64,000 bases of DNA, taken from the NCBI GenBank assembly GCA_025558095.1, contig JAIVFI010000001.1, forward strand, positions 310,001 to 374,000. The letters run 5' to 3'. Position numbers and translations under genes: made by a program. The notes under the pieces were generated by a model. The model had not been told where the DNA came from. It ran no database searches and saw nothing but the letters and a program-made list of their open reading frames with translations. The stretch is from Hyaloraphidium curvatum SAG 235-1 (taxonomy: Eukaryota > Fungi > Monoblepharomycota). Each line of letters opens with the position of its first letter. The stretch's first letter is position 1. Positions 21,885 through 35,301 of the stretch are shown here, piece by piece.

Positions 21885-22745
21885 TTAGCGCCAGCCGGCC
21901 ATGATCGCCTCCGCCTCCTCGTCCGCGCGCCCCCGGATCCTCTCGTACTCGTATTCCATTTGCTTATCGTACTCCCTGTACGCCGACTCTCGCAGGTACT
22001 CGTCGTCGAGCTCCCAGTTCTCGACGGTGCTCTGCATCGGCGCCGGCGGCTCAGCAGATGTGCTCACCAGATGCATCAGGGTAACTTGCCTCGAACACCT
22101 CGTCCTTGGTCTCCTCGAGCCGGTCCTCGTAGTCGGTGAGGTTGTGGCGGATGTGGTTGAGGACCTGCTCGCGCAGGAGGCGCTCCGTCATGGTGTCGAT
22201 CTCGCGCGCGTCCTTGTTCCGGAACATCCTGGGCGAAAAAGAAAGCTCACGACGAGGCCAGCATCTGAAAGAGCTGTAGCTTACCAGTCGAGGATCTCCT
22301 TGCACTCGCTCTTGGGCATGCGCGGGAACATTCGGCGGAGCTCGGCCCGGACCCCCAACGCCTCCGCTCCTCCTCCTCCTCCCTCTCCCTTTCTCGCCTC
22401 CGCTCGCGGCCCTGCGCCGCCTGCCTTCCGATTCGCGAGCCTACAGGGTCGTCGGCCGCGCGCTCGCCGTGCACCGCGGATGGAACGGCGCGGAAGCCCA
22501 CCTTTTCCTGCACGGCCTCGAGCACCCCCGCCGGCACCATGGCGCCGATCTTGGTCGGCGGGTACCCCGAGTAGCCTTTCCACTACTTGACCTCGATGTA
22601 GGCCCGGCCGGCGGCCAGCGTGTCGAGCTTGGCGTGCCGCGAGAGGAACGCGTTGCCCGTTTGGAGGAACGCGTAGCCGGGGGCGGGACCGTCTCGAAGG
22701 TCTCGTGGACGCCGGTGCCGGTGCGGGCAAGCGACACGAGTCTGC
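21885..22745 (-). pseudogene. Disrupted DUF2293-like gene
   Basis: MFPRMP...EIL and HIRHNLTDYE motifs; in-frame TAG at 22585-22583 (EVK*WKGY) and apparent frameshifts near 22680 and 22420-22360. Confidence 0.6.
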
Positions 22746-22983
22746 CGCGACCACGGTCGCAACCGATCAGCAACGCAGAGGCGGACCACGGACATCCGGC
22801 CGCGCGCATGCGTCACTACGGTCATCTGACATTCAACACATGGCCAATCCGCGACATAAGTATGGTGTCGGCCGCCCTTGCTTCCGCCGACGACTTGCCC
22901 CTCTCCCTTCCCGTTTCCCTTCCCAACATCCACCGCCGTGCCCGAAACCCAGCCCGCTCGGGCCCCAGGTTCCACCTGCATGC

Positions 22984-24229
22984 TCACTTGCTGCTCGACC
23001 CGGTCATGCTGGCGCCCCTGGCGGGGGCCTTGACGTCGGTGGGGATGTCGCCGACGTAGCTGCGGCGGGAACGGTCAATCGCTCCGATCCGGGGCGGAAG
23101 CAGGAGGTGCAAAACGAACCCATACTCCCTGGGGTCATACCCATAGATGGCGCGGTAGTCCATATCTTGGGGAGGGGAGTAGGAGGGCGCGGGGGTGGGC
23201 GGTGCCGGGCGGTCGTACGCGAACTCGCCGGGGTACGTCGCCGGGTATTCGGACACGGGCGAGAGCGCGAGGACGTCCTGTCACGGGGCGAATAAGCAAA
23301 ACCCAGGGGGGGGAGAGTCGGGGAACCCACGGGGACGTCGCGGTTGTTGAGCTGGTCCGGGGACAGGTTGGTCGCCTGCTCGATGGCGGCGTTGCGCTTG
23401 GCCTCCTTGTCCTTCTTCCGCTTCCTGACGAGGAAGAATGCGCCCAGGCCGACGAGGGCCGCGGCGAGGAGGCCCAGGCCGACGCTGAGGCCGATCACGG
23501 CGGCCGAGGGGGAGGTGCTCCCCGAGGGCTGGTTGGCGGCCGAGGCGACGACGACGCCGGTCTCGCCGGCGGTCTGGTTGCTGGGGGCCGCGACGGGGGA
23601 GTCGGAGCCGCTGCCGCTGGCGGCGTCGGTGCCCGAGGTGGTGGCGGCGTTGACCGAGTACTGGAGGTTCACGCGGCACGAGAAGAACCTGGGACGGGCA
23701 TCAGCGAAGGCCGCGGGGCGGGCGGGGGGAGATCAGCGCACCAGTTGTCGCACTTGAGCACGAGCCTGTTCCTGTTCTCCTGGGTGCGGAAGTTGACCTC
23801 TGCCTGGCACGAGTCGCGGGTGTTGTAGGTGCGCGAGTAGATGTTGCCGGCGGGGTCGACGATGGCGGCGTGCAGGTCGTCCGTGGGGTCGTCCGTGGCG
23901 GCGAACCAGTTCCAGACGTTAAAGGTGCGCTCGGGGCCGGTGACGGTGATGGAGTGGGAGAACCAGGCGGGGATGGTGATCCTGTTCCGGGGATCGTTAG
24001 AAATGTTAAGAGGGCGGGGCTGCCCTGCTCACTGCTTGGGGCAGAAGTCGCCGCCGGCGCGGCACAGCGCGCACGACGTGGCGTTGGTGCCGGGGTCGTA
24101 GCGGGACGGGCGGCCGGGCCGGCCGTCGCCGTCGGGGTCGTTGTCGGGCCTCTGCGCGGAGGCCGTGGAGGCCAGCAGGAGCACGGCGGCGACCGCCGCG
24201 AGGGCGCGGAGGGGCGTGCCGGCGCGCAT
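22984..24229 (-). CDS. Type I membrane protein with small Cys-containing ectodomain and Pro/Tyr-rich tail, multi-exon
   Basis: Signal peptide MRAGTPLRALAAVAAVLLLASTASA; TM VIGLSVGLGLLAAALVGLGAFFLV followed by RKRKK. The 3' end is approximate. Confidence 0.7.
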
Positions 24230-24849
24230 CGGTGATTCGCGATGCGGCAGCGGATCGGAAGGGCCTTTAGAAGTGCCTGGAGGGCGGCAGGGGATGACGG
24301 AAAGTCGAGCTCAGCATTGCGGTCCCTCGATGTGGCAGTGCCCGGTCGGTGGCTGGGTCCTCCCGGCTCAGAAGGCTCCCGTCCCGCTACTGATGCCAAT
24401 CCCAGCCTTCTTCCCCACCGATATCTCTAGATTCGATCCAGTGGACTTTGCGGATAGCGGGTTCCGGCCCCTCGGAAGGGTCAAGCTCGGTTGATTCGCT
24501 CGCAATCCAGCCTGGCTGAGGCATTCAAACCTCAGGGTCAAGATCATGGCCTTTCGAAGGCCTCATTCTTCGACATCAAGGCAGCGTTATCACTGCTGGG
24601 CGAGATGATGTTGTTGATGTATCGCCCGGACGGGCAGCGTTGCGTGTTGGAGATGGCAAGCAGGTTCGGACGCCCTGCCAGTCGCCCATTGACCGCCGCG
24701 TCGGAAATGATCTGAATGCAATTGACGACGACAGTTGACAGCTTGAATCCTTCTCATTGATGGCTTTCCGGGGGGCTGAGCTTGGGGAGGTGCTCGGACG
24801 GACGCCGCGCACGCAGCGCGGATCAGGGAGCACCTCCAAACAACACAAG

Positions 24850-26563
24850 ATGGGCCTCGTCCTCCCCTCCGCCGAGGCCAACGAGGCGGCCCTCCGGGCC
24901 GTGCTCGAGTCCGCCGGGCAGGCGCACCTGCTCACCTTCGCCTCGGAGCTCACCCCCGACGCGCTCGCCGGGCTCGCCGCGCAAATCGGCCAGCTGGACC
25001 TCCCCCGCGTGAACCGCATCTTCAAAACCACCACGGCGTCCCCGGCCGCCGCGGCCAAGGTCGCCAAGATCGAGCCATTGCCCGCGGACGCGGTGTTTTC
25101 CACGATCGACGGCGACGCGGCCGAGGTGGAGCGGTGCCGCGCGGCGGGGATGGCGGCCATCGCGGCGGGGGAGGTCGCGGTGATCCTCATGGCCGGCGGG
25201 CAGGGCACGCGGCTCGGGAGCAGCGCGCCGAAAGGTGGACGGCCTGATTCGCCCAACGCGGGGGTTTTCGTGGTCTGACCGCCCCGTTGTGGAACTCCGA
25301 CAGGGTGCTACGACATCGGCCTGCCCTCGCACAAGTCGCTGTTCCAGATCCAGGCCGAGCGGATCAGGCGGCTGCAGGACCTCGCGTCCAAGCCCGGCAA
25401 GCCCGTCGTGATCCCGTGGTACGTCATGTGCTCGGGGCCCACGCGCGCCGAGACGGAAAAGTTCTTCCGGGAGCACAAGTTCTTTGGCCTGGACGGGGCC
25501 AACGTCGTCTTCTTCAACCAGGGTATGCAGCATTCGCCGCGGGTGGGGTGTTCCAACACTGATTCGCGCTTTCCAGGCGTCCTCCCCGCCTTCTTCCCCG
25601 ACGGCCGGATCATCCTCGAAACCCCCTCGACCATCGCCGTCGCGCCCGACGGCAACGGCGGCGTCTACGCCGCGCTGCGGTATGAGGGCATCCTGGACGA
25701 CCTCGAGGGGCGGGGGATCAAGTACGTCCACGTGTTTGGCGTCGACAAGTGGGTCGATCTTGGGACGCTGCCCAACCAAGTGCTGATGCCGCGGCCAACC
25801 CCGAAGCTGCCTGGTCAAGGTCGCCGACCCCGTCTTCATCGGCTACGGCATCGTCAAGGACGCCGACTGCGGCGTCAAGGTCGTGCCCAAGTCGGACCCC
25901 ACCGAGTCCGTGGGCGTGGTCTGCCTCCGCGACGGGCGCTACAACGTCGTCGAGTACTCCGAGATCGACCCCGCCGTGGCGTCGTCGGCGGACCCGGCGA
26001 CGGGGAAGCTGCGCTTCGGCGCGGCCAACATCGCCAACCACTTCTTCACGCTCGGCTTCCTGAAGCGGACAGAGGAGATGGAGAGGGAGATGCTGTACCA
26101 CATCGCGCACAAGAAGATCAGGTGCGTGGACCTCGGGACCGGGGAGATCGTCAAGCCGGAAAAGAACAACGGGATCAAGCTGGAGCTGTTTGTGTTTGAC
26201 GTCTTCCCGTTCGCGGAGCGCTTCGTCGTGCTCGAGTCGGACCGCAAGGAGGAGTTTTCCCCGCTCAAGGTGACCGACACGCGGGTGCCTGACCGACCGT
26301 CGTCTGGTTGGCTGACGACGTGCCGTTGCCAGAACGCACCCAACACGGGCGTCGACGACCCCCAGACCTCCCGCCGCGACATCCTCGCGCAGATGCGCCG
26401 GTTCCTCGCCGCCGCGGGCGCGCAGGTCGCCGAGGGTGCCGAGATCGAGGTGTCGCCCGTGGTGACGTACGCCGGGGAGGGGCTGGAAGGCGTCAGGGGG
26501 AAGAAGCTGGCGGGGACGCACTACGCCGATTCGCTGGAGGCGCTCAACAAGATCGCCGCTTAG
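24850..26563 (+). CDS. UAP1: UDP-N-acetylglucosamine pyrophosphorylase
   Basis: LMAGGQGTRLGSSAPKG, APDGNGG, VVEYSEI, NGIKLELFVFDVF, EEFSPLK; four short introns. Confidence 0.96.
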
Positions 26564-26788
26564 GCGGCTCGGGGAGGGAGGAGAGATACCACGCTGTTTA
26601 TTCCCATCGCAAGAATCATTTTCTGTCTCTCAAGACACTCTCTTGATGGCGGAGACCTCGTCAAGGCGCTGGCTTGGCGTGGCACGGTCCTTAACAATTT
26701 TGTAACCGGGTGCTGGGGTCCCTTGAGGGGTTAGGGGGGAAGATAGAGAAATTCGGCCGGACGCACCGCCGCCGTTCACGATCCCAGG

Positions 26789-29700
26789 ATGTCCTCGGAC
26801 GCGGGTTCGGAGGAGTCCGGGCCCCCCGCGGAGGCGGTGGACGTGATGTTAGCCGCGGACTTCCCGGCGCTGCCGACGGCTGCGCGGCCGGTGTTCTCGG
26901 GGGCGTGGGGCGCGAAGGCGGCCCCGGCGGGCGGCGCGGCACCGGCGCGCCCGGCGGCGCCTGCCACCCCCGGCGACGTCTTCTCGCTGCCGCCGCAGTC
27001 GGTCGACCCGAAGGCGCGCGCGGGCGGCGCGGCGGAGGCGGTGCGCGACGTGCTCCGCGCGCTGCCGGGCACCGAGGTCAAGGTCGCCGCCGCGCGCACC
27101 GGCGTGCTCACCTTCGTCGTGCGCGGCAAGTCGAAGGACGACGTGGCGCGCGCGCGCCGCATGCTGTGCGCCGGCGTCGGCGTGCGCTCCGTGCAGCGCT
27201 TCGCCATCCCCGCCTCGGCGCGCCCGCACCTGATCGGCGCACAGGGCCGCACGCTCAAGGCCCTGGTCAACAAGTGCCTCGTCGAGATCCAGGTATTTGG
27301 GGGCCGCCACGCAGCCCATCCGGGCGCCCGCTGACCCGCGATGCCCCAGATCCCGAAGCAGGCGCCGCGGCCCGACGGCGAGCAGCTGCCCGAGGACGAC
27401 GACGAGGAGACCGAAATCACCATCACCGGCGACGTCGAGGGCATCGAGATGGCCCGCAAGGACATCGAGGCGATCGTGATGCAGCGGGTGGGACGTCGCC
27501 GCGCACCCGCACCCGTTCCCCGCCCCGCTGACTAGGCCGGCCGCGGCAAAATTCCATCCAGGCATCAAAAACCACGCAAAAGGTCGCCGTGCCCTCGCAG
27601 TTCCACCCCTTCATCCAGCAGGGCGCCGCCGCCATCTCCGCCGAGACCGGCGCCCGCATCCACATACCCCCGCTCGGCACCAAGGGCGATGTGGGTCCCC
27701 ACCCCGATCGCCCTCTGCGCATCCTGACCCCCGACCCGTGCAGGACGACATCATCGTCAACGGCGACCGCGACGCGGTCCGCAAGGCCGCCTCGATGCTC
27801 GCCGCGCTGCACGAGGACGCGCGGGCAAACACGACCACGATGAAGGTCGCCATACCCAAGAAGCAGCACCGCTACCTGATGGGCTCCAGGGCATCCAACC
27901 TGCAGGAGATCCTGGAGAAGACGGGCTGCGCGGTCGAGGTGCCGCCGGCCGACAGGACGGGGCCGGACGGGGAGGAGGTGGTGGTGCGCGGGCCGTCGGC
28001 CAAGCTGATCGAGGCCATCACCTTGGTCCTCGAGAAGGTAACGCGCACCTCGCTCCCACCGCATCCGCCGTGCTGATCGCGAGGCCCCCCGCTTCCAGTC
28101 CAACGCATACCAGGCCGACTCGCTCGACGTGGCCGCGCTCCTCCCGCGCAAATCCGACGCCGCGGTCTTTGCGCGCTTCATCGGCGCCCGCGAGCGCGCC
28201 GCCCTCCGCAAGATCGAATCCGACCACGAGGGCGCCGAGGTCCGGCTGCACGGCACCGTCCTGGACGTGGTCGCCAGGTCCAAGCCCGCCCTCGCCGCCG
28301 CGCTGGCGGACCTCCGCGCCTTTTTGGCCCCGCTCGCGGCGGGGCTCGAGTTCGACACGGTCGAGGTGCCGTCGGCGCTGCACGGCCACGTGGTCGGCAA
28401 GGGCGGCCAGGGCGTCGCGAGGCTGCGCGCGCGGATCGACGAGGCGCTGGGAACCGAGGGCGCGCTGGCGGACCTGGTGCTCCCGCACCGGGACGAGGAG
28501 GCGGGGGAGGGCGAGGGCGCGGACGAGATCGTGGTGGTGGCCAAGCAGATCCCGGGGAGGCCCGACGCGATGGAGAAGATCAAGGCGGAGCTGCTGCGCG
28601 AGATCGAGAAGATGGTGGGTTGCCGGCGGCACGACTGTCGTGCGACGGGGCGAGCGGTTTGAAACGCAGCTCACGGCGCATCGCCCGTTCCATCAGGCCG
28701 ATTTGACCACCGTGCAGGTGCCCGTGGACCAAAAGTACCACGGCCGCATCATCGGCTCGGGCGGCCTCGCCCTGCGCAAGTTCCTGGCCCCCTACGAGGG
28801 CTCCGTCTCGGTCAAGTTCCCGCAGGCCGGCGACGCCGCCTCCTCGGCCGGCGCCGTCTCGGTGCGCGGCCCGGCCGACAAGGCCGCCGACTGCGCGAAA
28901 CGCCTGCGCGAGCTGGTGGACGAATGGAAGCACCAGGAGATCATGTGCAGCTACCAGGAGGAGGTCCGCGTGCCGCGGGACTCGGCGAGGCGGATCCTGG
29001 GCGCGCAGAAGGAGCGCGACGAGGGGGCGCCGCCGCCGGGGAGCTGGATCGTCAGGGCTGTAAAGGACAGGGTGGCGGCGGACAGGGTGGCGGCGGACAG
29101 GGAGAAGCATCCGCACGCGACGGGGGTGACGGACAGGGACGTGAGCATGACGCGATTCGAGGTGACCTCGTCCGACGCCAAGGGTGGGTGGCCTGTGCCG
29201 AGGTCGGTGCGCACGGGGTCGCTGATTCGCGCCATCGCGCCGCAGAGGACGTGATCACGGTCACGGGCCACAAGCGCGCCGTCGAGCTCGCGCGCGAGAT
29301 CATCGCCGACCGCGCGCAGAAGCTCGCCGACACGGTCGTCGTCGCCGTCTCGATCCCCGCGCGGTTCCACCCCAAGCTGATCGGCAAGGGCGGCAAGGTC
29401 GTCGGCAAGCTGATGGAGCTCTACAACGTCTTTGTCAAGTTCCCGTCCAAGCACGGGGCCAACGGGCTCGGCGCGGACGGCGAGGAGGAGGCCGAGGACC
29501 GCGCGGACGAGGACAGGGTCACCATCCGCGGGTTCAAGGGCGACGTGGAAAAGGCCAAGAAGGAGCTGCTGGAGCTGGCTGCCTATGAGGTGGGCATCCG
29601 CTGCCCATCGGCCCCTGCATTCCACGCTGATTGCGTTCATCTTGCGCAGGAGGAGCACTCGCACTCGCTCACCTTCACGGTCCCCTCGTCGCTGCTCCCC

Positions 29701-32104
29701 CGGATCGTGGGCCGCAAGGGCGCCACGGTGCAGCAGATCAAGGAGGACACGGACACGCGGATCGACTTTGACCGGCAGCGCGGGGATCCCGCGGGCGAGG
29801 AGGGCGAGGGCCAGGGCGAGGTGACGGTCACGGTCGAGGGCCCCAAGGCCGGGTGCGAGGAGGCCAAGAAGAAGATCCTGGAGATCGTCAACGATCAGGT
29901 GCGTGGCCCTGTGCGGCGGTGGATTCCGACAGGGCTGATCTTTGTTTGCAGCTCGACGTGGCCGAGCAGCACATCAAGGTCCCGCGCAAGCTGCACCGCG
30001 TCATCATCGGCCCTTCGGGTACGGCGATCCGCAAGCTCGTCGCGCAGTGGGCCGAGGAGCTCGGCGTGCCGCTGGAGAAGATCCAGGTGCGCTTCCTCAA
30101 GGACGACAGCGACGACGTGCTCGTCCGCACGCCCGTCCGCGTCCTCGAGGAGGTTGTGTCGCGGCTCCAGGAGGAGGTCAAGAAGCACGAGGCCGCGCAC
30201 CCCACCGCGCATGCTGACGAGGGCGCGGAGCGGATCGAGGAGGAGCTGCTGATCCCCAAGACGGACGTGGCGAGGGTCGTCGGCCGCAAGGGCGAGACCA
30301 TCACCGGCATCGCGGACAAACACGGGGTCGACATCCAGATCAGCCACGGGAGGGAGGTCGAGGAGGGCGACCAGGTCATGGTCGGCGTCAAGGTGTCGGG
30401 TTACAGCAGGGAGGCGATCGATGGGGCCAAGGCCGACATTCTGGTTGGTTGATTCGGACCGCTCTTGGCCGCGTACTCATTTCGCTTTGCGTTCAGTCCA
30501 AGCTGCGCACCTCCGACACCGTCGAGGTTCCGATGCTCGTGCTTCCGTTCCTGGAGAACGATCGCGGCCTGCTGCGGTCCAGGACCGCAGGACCGGACGC
30601 CCAGCCGGTCGGCGTCGAGGTCGAGGGCACCAAGCTCGTCATCCGAGGCGACCGCGGGGTCGTGGACGGCATCAAGGCTGCCGTGGCCGCCAAGGTCGAT
30701 GAGATGGTCGGACCTTGCGCAGTTCTTTTGCCGCTGTGTGCTAATTCTATCCTGATTCAGGCCAAGTACGCCAAGTCGGCCGTCATCGTCATTGCCCCGC
30801 ATATTCGGCCGCACATCATCGGGCGGCAAGGCGCCACTATCATCCGCATGCGCAAGGACTCGGGCTGCATGGTGGACATTTTCCCGTCGGAGAAGGTCGG
30901 CGAGGCCAAGGGCCAGTTCGCCGTCGTCATCCTGGGCGAGTCGGACGAGGACGTGGCCAAGGCCAAGGCCATGGTGGACAAGATCCTGCGCGACCAGACC
31001 CAGGACGCGCTGTCGCACGCGCAGCGCGACGAGAGCACGGTGCTCAAGCGGCTCGCCGTGCCGGTGCGGCACCACCGCCGCCTGATCGGGCCCAAAGGAT
31101 CGGGGATCCTCGAGATCCAGACCCGCGTGGGGATGCCCGTCAACGTGCAGTTCCCGCGCGTCGGCGCGACAACATCGGACATCGAGATCCGCGGGTCGGC
31201 CGAGGCGGTGGAGGCCTGCATCAGGGCAATCACCGAGATCGTCACGTCGTGGGACGAGGTGGGAGCACGATCTATCGCTGTGGTGCCGGATGTGGAGCCC
31301 GAGAGAGCCCCGCGTGCCGAGACCCCGAAGCCCGCCGAGCAGGAGAAGGAGGTGAAGGACGGGCAGAGGGAAGGGCCGCCCGGGTGGAGCGGGCGCGCGG
31401 CCAAGGGCAAGGGGGGCAGGCCGCCGAGCTCTGCGACCGCTAGCCCACTGCCGCCCGAGCAGTCACCTGTTCCGCCTGCGCCTTCGCCAGCGCCCCCAAA
31501 GCAGGACGGGGAGGACGAGTGGAAGGTGATCGGGGGCAAGCGCGGCAAGGGCGGGGCTGCGCCAACACCCGAGCCCCCCAAGACCGTGCCCGGCGCCCCG
31601 CCTGCGGCGGCCGCCCCCGCTCCCGCGGCGCCAGCGCCTTCTGCACCCGTGGTCGCTTCGGCGCCGGATCCTTCTGCTCCCGCTACCGAGGCGCCCAAAC
31701 CCAAGAAGAAGAAGGGCGTCAAGAAGGCCGCACCCGCGGCCGGTGCCGAGGCGGACGGCCTCGACGAGTTCAACAAGGACGCTGCGGGATCCGAACCGGC
31801 CGTGCAGTCGGTGCCTTCCGACGCCTCCATGCCGGAACTCCCCGCCTCCCTCGCCGCCCCGCCCGAGCACCTGGACTGGGCGGCGGAGGAGATCCCGATG
31901 GACAAGCTGGACCTGAACGGCGCACCGCCGGCCGACGAATGGCAGACGGTGGGCAACACGGTGCAGCGGTTCAAGCAGAAGAAGCTGCAGGAGGCCGCGG
32001 CGGCGCCCGCGGCTCCGGCCCCATCCGCGGCGGGGTCGCAGCGAAACGTGTTTGGGGTGCTAGAGGAGCCGGCGCAGCAGCGGTCTGGCAAGAAAAAGAA
32101 GTGA
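26789..32104 (+). CDS. SCP160: Vigilin/Scp160 multi-KH RNA-binding protein
   Basis: Many GxxG KH motifs (LIGAQG, VVGKGG, IIGSGG, LIGKGG, IVGRKG, IIGPSG, IIGRQG, LIGPKG) over multiple exons. Confidence 0.88.
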
Positions 32105-32182
32105 TGCGCGTGGAGAGCGCCTGGAATTGAATTGATCAAATCTCTTGACAACGCTACGTGCCCGGATCCGTCCCCGCTGCGC

Positions 32183-32761
32183 TCAGTCGTCCTTGAAGGC
32201 CCGCAGCGTGATGGAGATGCGCCTTCCACCCTTCTTCTTCGGCACTTCGTGGGTATAGGCCTTGTTGGTGTCCCACGGGATGACGATGACGTTGTGGTCC
32301 GCGGTGGAGATGTCCTTCTTCGCCGTCCCCTTGTACTTGCGCATGCGAAGCGTCCTCCCGGCGCCGAACGAAATCGTCACGATTGGGCTCCCGACGATCC
32401 TGCCCTCGTCCTTGTCGCGATGCTTCCCGATGTAGTGCTCCAGGGACCCGTCGTACCAGTTCACGAGCGCGCCGTTGAGTCGGGGATCGATCTCCACGCG
32501 GGCCCAGTCGAGGAAACGCTGCAAGACGGGGAAGAGCGCCTTCGCGGGCCTCGAGCCGGGGAACCGGTATTCCTTCCCGTAGTTCTGGCTCCACCGCGGC
32601 GCGAGCACGTCCCTGCCGTACATCGTCATGGACGCGAACTCGGCGGGGTGCAGGTTCCAGAGATCTTCGAACGCGGCGGCGGTGAGGAGGAGCTCGCGCG
32701 GCAGGCTGCCCACGAGCACGTGGTGCTTCGGGTCCAGGGCCAGGGCGCGGAGGGCGGGCAT
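32183..32761 (-). CDS. AlkB-family 2OG-Fe(II) dioxygenase, intronless
   Basis: LVNWY, IGKHRD, IVTISFG, YTHEVP, RRISITLR. Confidence 0.88.
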   Translation of the reverse strand: MPALRALALDPKHHVLVGSLPRELLLTAAAFEDLWNLHPAEFASMTMYGRDVLAPRWSQNYGKEYRFPGSRPAKALFPVLQRFLDWARVEIDPRLNGALVNWYDGSLEHYIGKHRDKDEGRIVGSPIVTISFGAGRTLRMRKYKGTAKKDISTADHNVIVIPWDTNKAYTHEVPKKKGGRRISITLRAFKDD

Positions 32762-33059
32762 TGCTTCTCGGCGGGCAAGTCGGACGAAAGGTGTCGGCGG
32801 AAAGTGGCTCGCTACGGCGTTTCTGTCAATCGACTCGACGGTGGAGCGGGCAAAAGGCGTTGGGACGTCGGAACCATCATACGACTTCTTCGCCCTGGTA
32901 TTGGATGCAGCGGATCAATGTCTTTTGACATGGAAAAGAACAGCGTTGGCATCTCTTCTACCTTTCCAACCCGCTCACGCGGCGCCCTTGGCCAGCGCCT
33001 CCACCGCGTCCGCATGGTGCGTCCCGCCAGCTTCTTCGGTCCCCTTGCGCGCGTGAAAG

Positions 33060-33345
33060 GCCTCTGGAACTGCATGATCAAAGCTCTTGACAGCGCTACG
33101 TGCCGGATCAGTCCGCTCTTCGTACTGCCCATCGTCCTCAAGTAAAGGCCCGCAGGGTGACGGAGATGCGCCGCCCGCGCCCGTTCTTCAGGACTTCGTG
33201 CGTGTAGGCCCTGTTGGTGTCCCACGGGATCACGATGACGTCGTAGTCTCCGGGAGAGAAGGAAGGGAGGGAAGGAAGCGAGCCGCTGATTCTTCGGCAG
33301 CCGGCCCACGAGGATGTGGTGGTTTGTGTCGAGAGCGACCATCTG
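33060..33345 (-). pseudogene. Internally deleted tandem copy of the AlkB-like gene
   Basis: Keeps ALDTNHHILVGRLP (N-terminus), VIVIPWDTNRAYTHEV...RRISVTLRAF (C-terminus) and the 3' flank (gatcaaa..tcttgaca.cgctacgtg), but lacks the middle. Confidence 0.85.
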
Positions 33346-33655
33346 GAGCGCGGCCAGGCTTTCTGCTGCGAAACGGCGCGTTGATGGCGAGGCGGAGTGG
33401 ACAGCTGGCGGTCTGCGGCTCGGCTTCTGCGCCTGGCCTGCGCCCGGAAACACCGGGGACAAGTTCCAAACAAACGAACCTCGACGCCAAAGCACTCAAC
33501 CCCGCGCCCCGGCATCATCCCGGACCCGCGGCGCCTGCATCGCCGCATCAAACAGCGCTGGGCGCCGCATCGGGGCCGCAGACCCGCACGGCTGCCGGGC
33601 GCCCGCCCACCCGCTTGTTGTTTCCCCTCCCCGGATCCCGAATCCCGCGAACAAA

Positions 33656-35301
33656 ATGCGCACCTCCGCCCTCCTATTCTCCGCGCTACTGGCGCTCCTC
33701 GCCCGCCCCGCCCGCGCAGGCCCGTTCGGCCTCGTGCGGCCCGCGCCCGGCGAGGTCCTGCGCATGTACTCCAACATGACCGTGCAGGCCGACCCGGCAT
33801 TCAGCGTCGCCTTCGACGAGGACTTCCCCGCGTTCGAGGTGCGGCTGGGCGGGTTTGCGCTCGGCAACGTGACGCTGTCGCAGCTGCGCGAGGGGGCGGT
33901 GTACGCGCTGGAGCCGTCGGTGCCGGTCGGCATGAACGGTGGGACCTTCCTGCGACTGGGCCGCAAACAACTGACCCGCGGACCGCATCGGCCGCAGAGC
34001 TCACCGTCAATGCCACCCGGGCGTGCCAAAATGGCACCAACTGCCCGAGCTGTGGGTTTCTGCATGCGACATCCTCCTCGTTTGTCTCACATGGCCCCTT
34101 TACCGTCAGTCCGCACCTACATCCTCCCCCTGACCGTCCGCGCCTCCCGCCCCATCACCATCACCCCCGGTGACGCCACCGGCTGGCAACTGGCGGTCGC
34201 CAGCCCCGCGAGCAACGGCACGACCCCCTCCTTCCGCGTCGGCGACGCCGTGCCCATCCGCGCGCGGACCAACCTCCCCGACGCCCTGCCGTGGAATGCC
34301 GTGCAGACGGCACCGCCGGGGTGGCCGGCAAATCTGACCGCGGTGCAGGTGTACGTGGGCGCCGTGTACGCGGGGTCGTGGGCGCCGTCGGAGCTGGCGG
34401 CCGGGGTCAACTGGACCATTCCGAACGGGGCGTTCCCGCAGGGAGGGGGTTTCTTCACCGTCGCGCTGACCGGGTGGGTGGGCCGAACGGCATCGGGGTG
34501 CGGTCGGTCCCGGGTTCTCATTTCCGTGCGGTCCGGCAGGCCCAAGATCTGCAACATCGTCGTCACGCCCAAGTGCGCCGGCGCGCGGGCCGTCTCGGGC
34601 CTCAGCGGCGCCATCTCGGTCGACGGGAGCTACGTGTCCCTGGTTGCCTCGGCGACCTCGACGTTTGCCTCTGCTGCAAGCACCACCACGTTTGCCCGCA
34701 CTCGGACGACGGGATCGGCGTTCACCACCATCACGGGGGCCATGTTCTTTACCCCGGCGCCCCCGTCGGCAAACACCCCCGCTGCGGTGCGTCCGACTGC
34801 GGCGCCGGTTGCGTGGATTGCGTCCTGACCACCCTTTCCAGCCTGCGTCGGACCCGACCGCCGACCTCCCGATCCCCATCGGCGCCATCGTCGGCATCGT
34901 GATCGGCGGCATCGCGCTGATCGCCCTCCTCGTCTTCTTCGGCTTCTGGCTGCGCCAGCACCGCCTCAACCAGGTCCCGTCCCCTCCTGCCTTGCCCTCG
35001 CCCGCGTTGCTGACTCTTTCGCCGCACCGCACGGCAGATCGAGGTCGAGACGGCCAAGTTCCTCGCCACCGCGCCCAAGCCCGGGCAGTTCGGCGGGGTC
35101 ACGGCGTTCCACCGCAACTCGTGGCGCGAGCCGGACATGGACGTGCTGGCGCGGACGCCGGGGCAGAGGAGCGCGATCAACTTGCCGAGTGGGTGTCCTC
35201 CGTACGCGACAGGGAGGGAGGTGCTGATCGTTGTTGCTTGGGGGGGGACAGATTACGGGAACGTTTCGATCAGCGCGAGCAAGTCCGCGAGGGAGTTCTA
35301 G
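33656..35301 (+). CDS. Type I membrane cell-surface protein, multi-exon
   Basis: Signal peptide MRTSALLFSALLALLARPARA; S/T-rich stalk; TM IGAIVGIVIGGIALIALLVFFGFWL. Confidence 0.75.

Noticed and set aside
22583-22585. In-frame TAG as evidence for a variant genetic code
   Set aside because: The same gene also has frameshifts, and TAG serves as a normal stop in UAP1, HEM12 and MRPL1.
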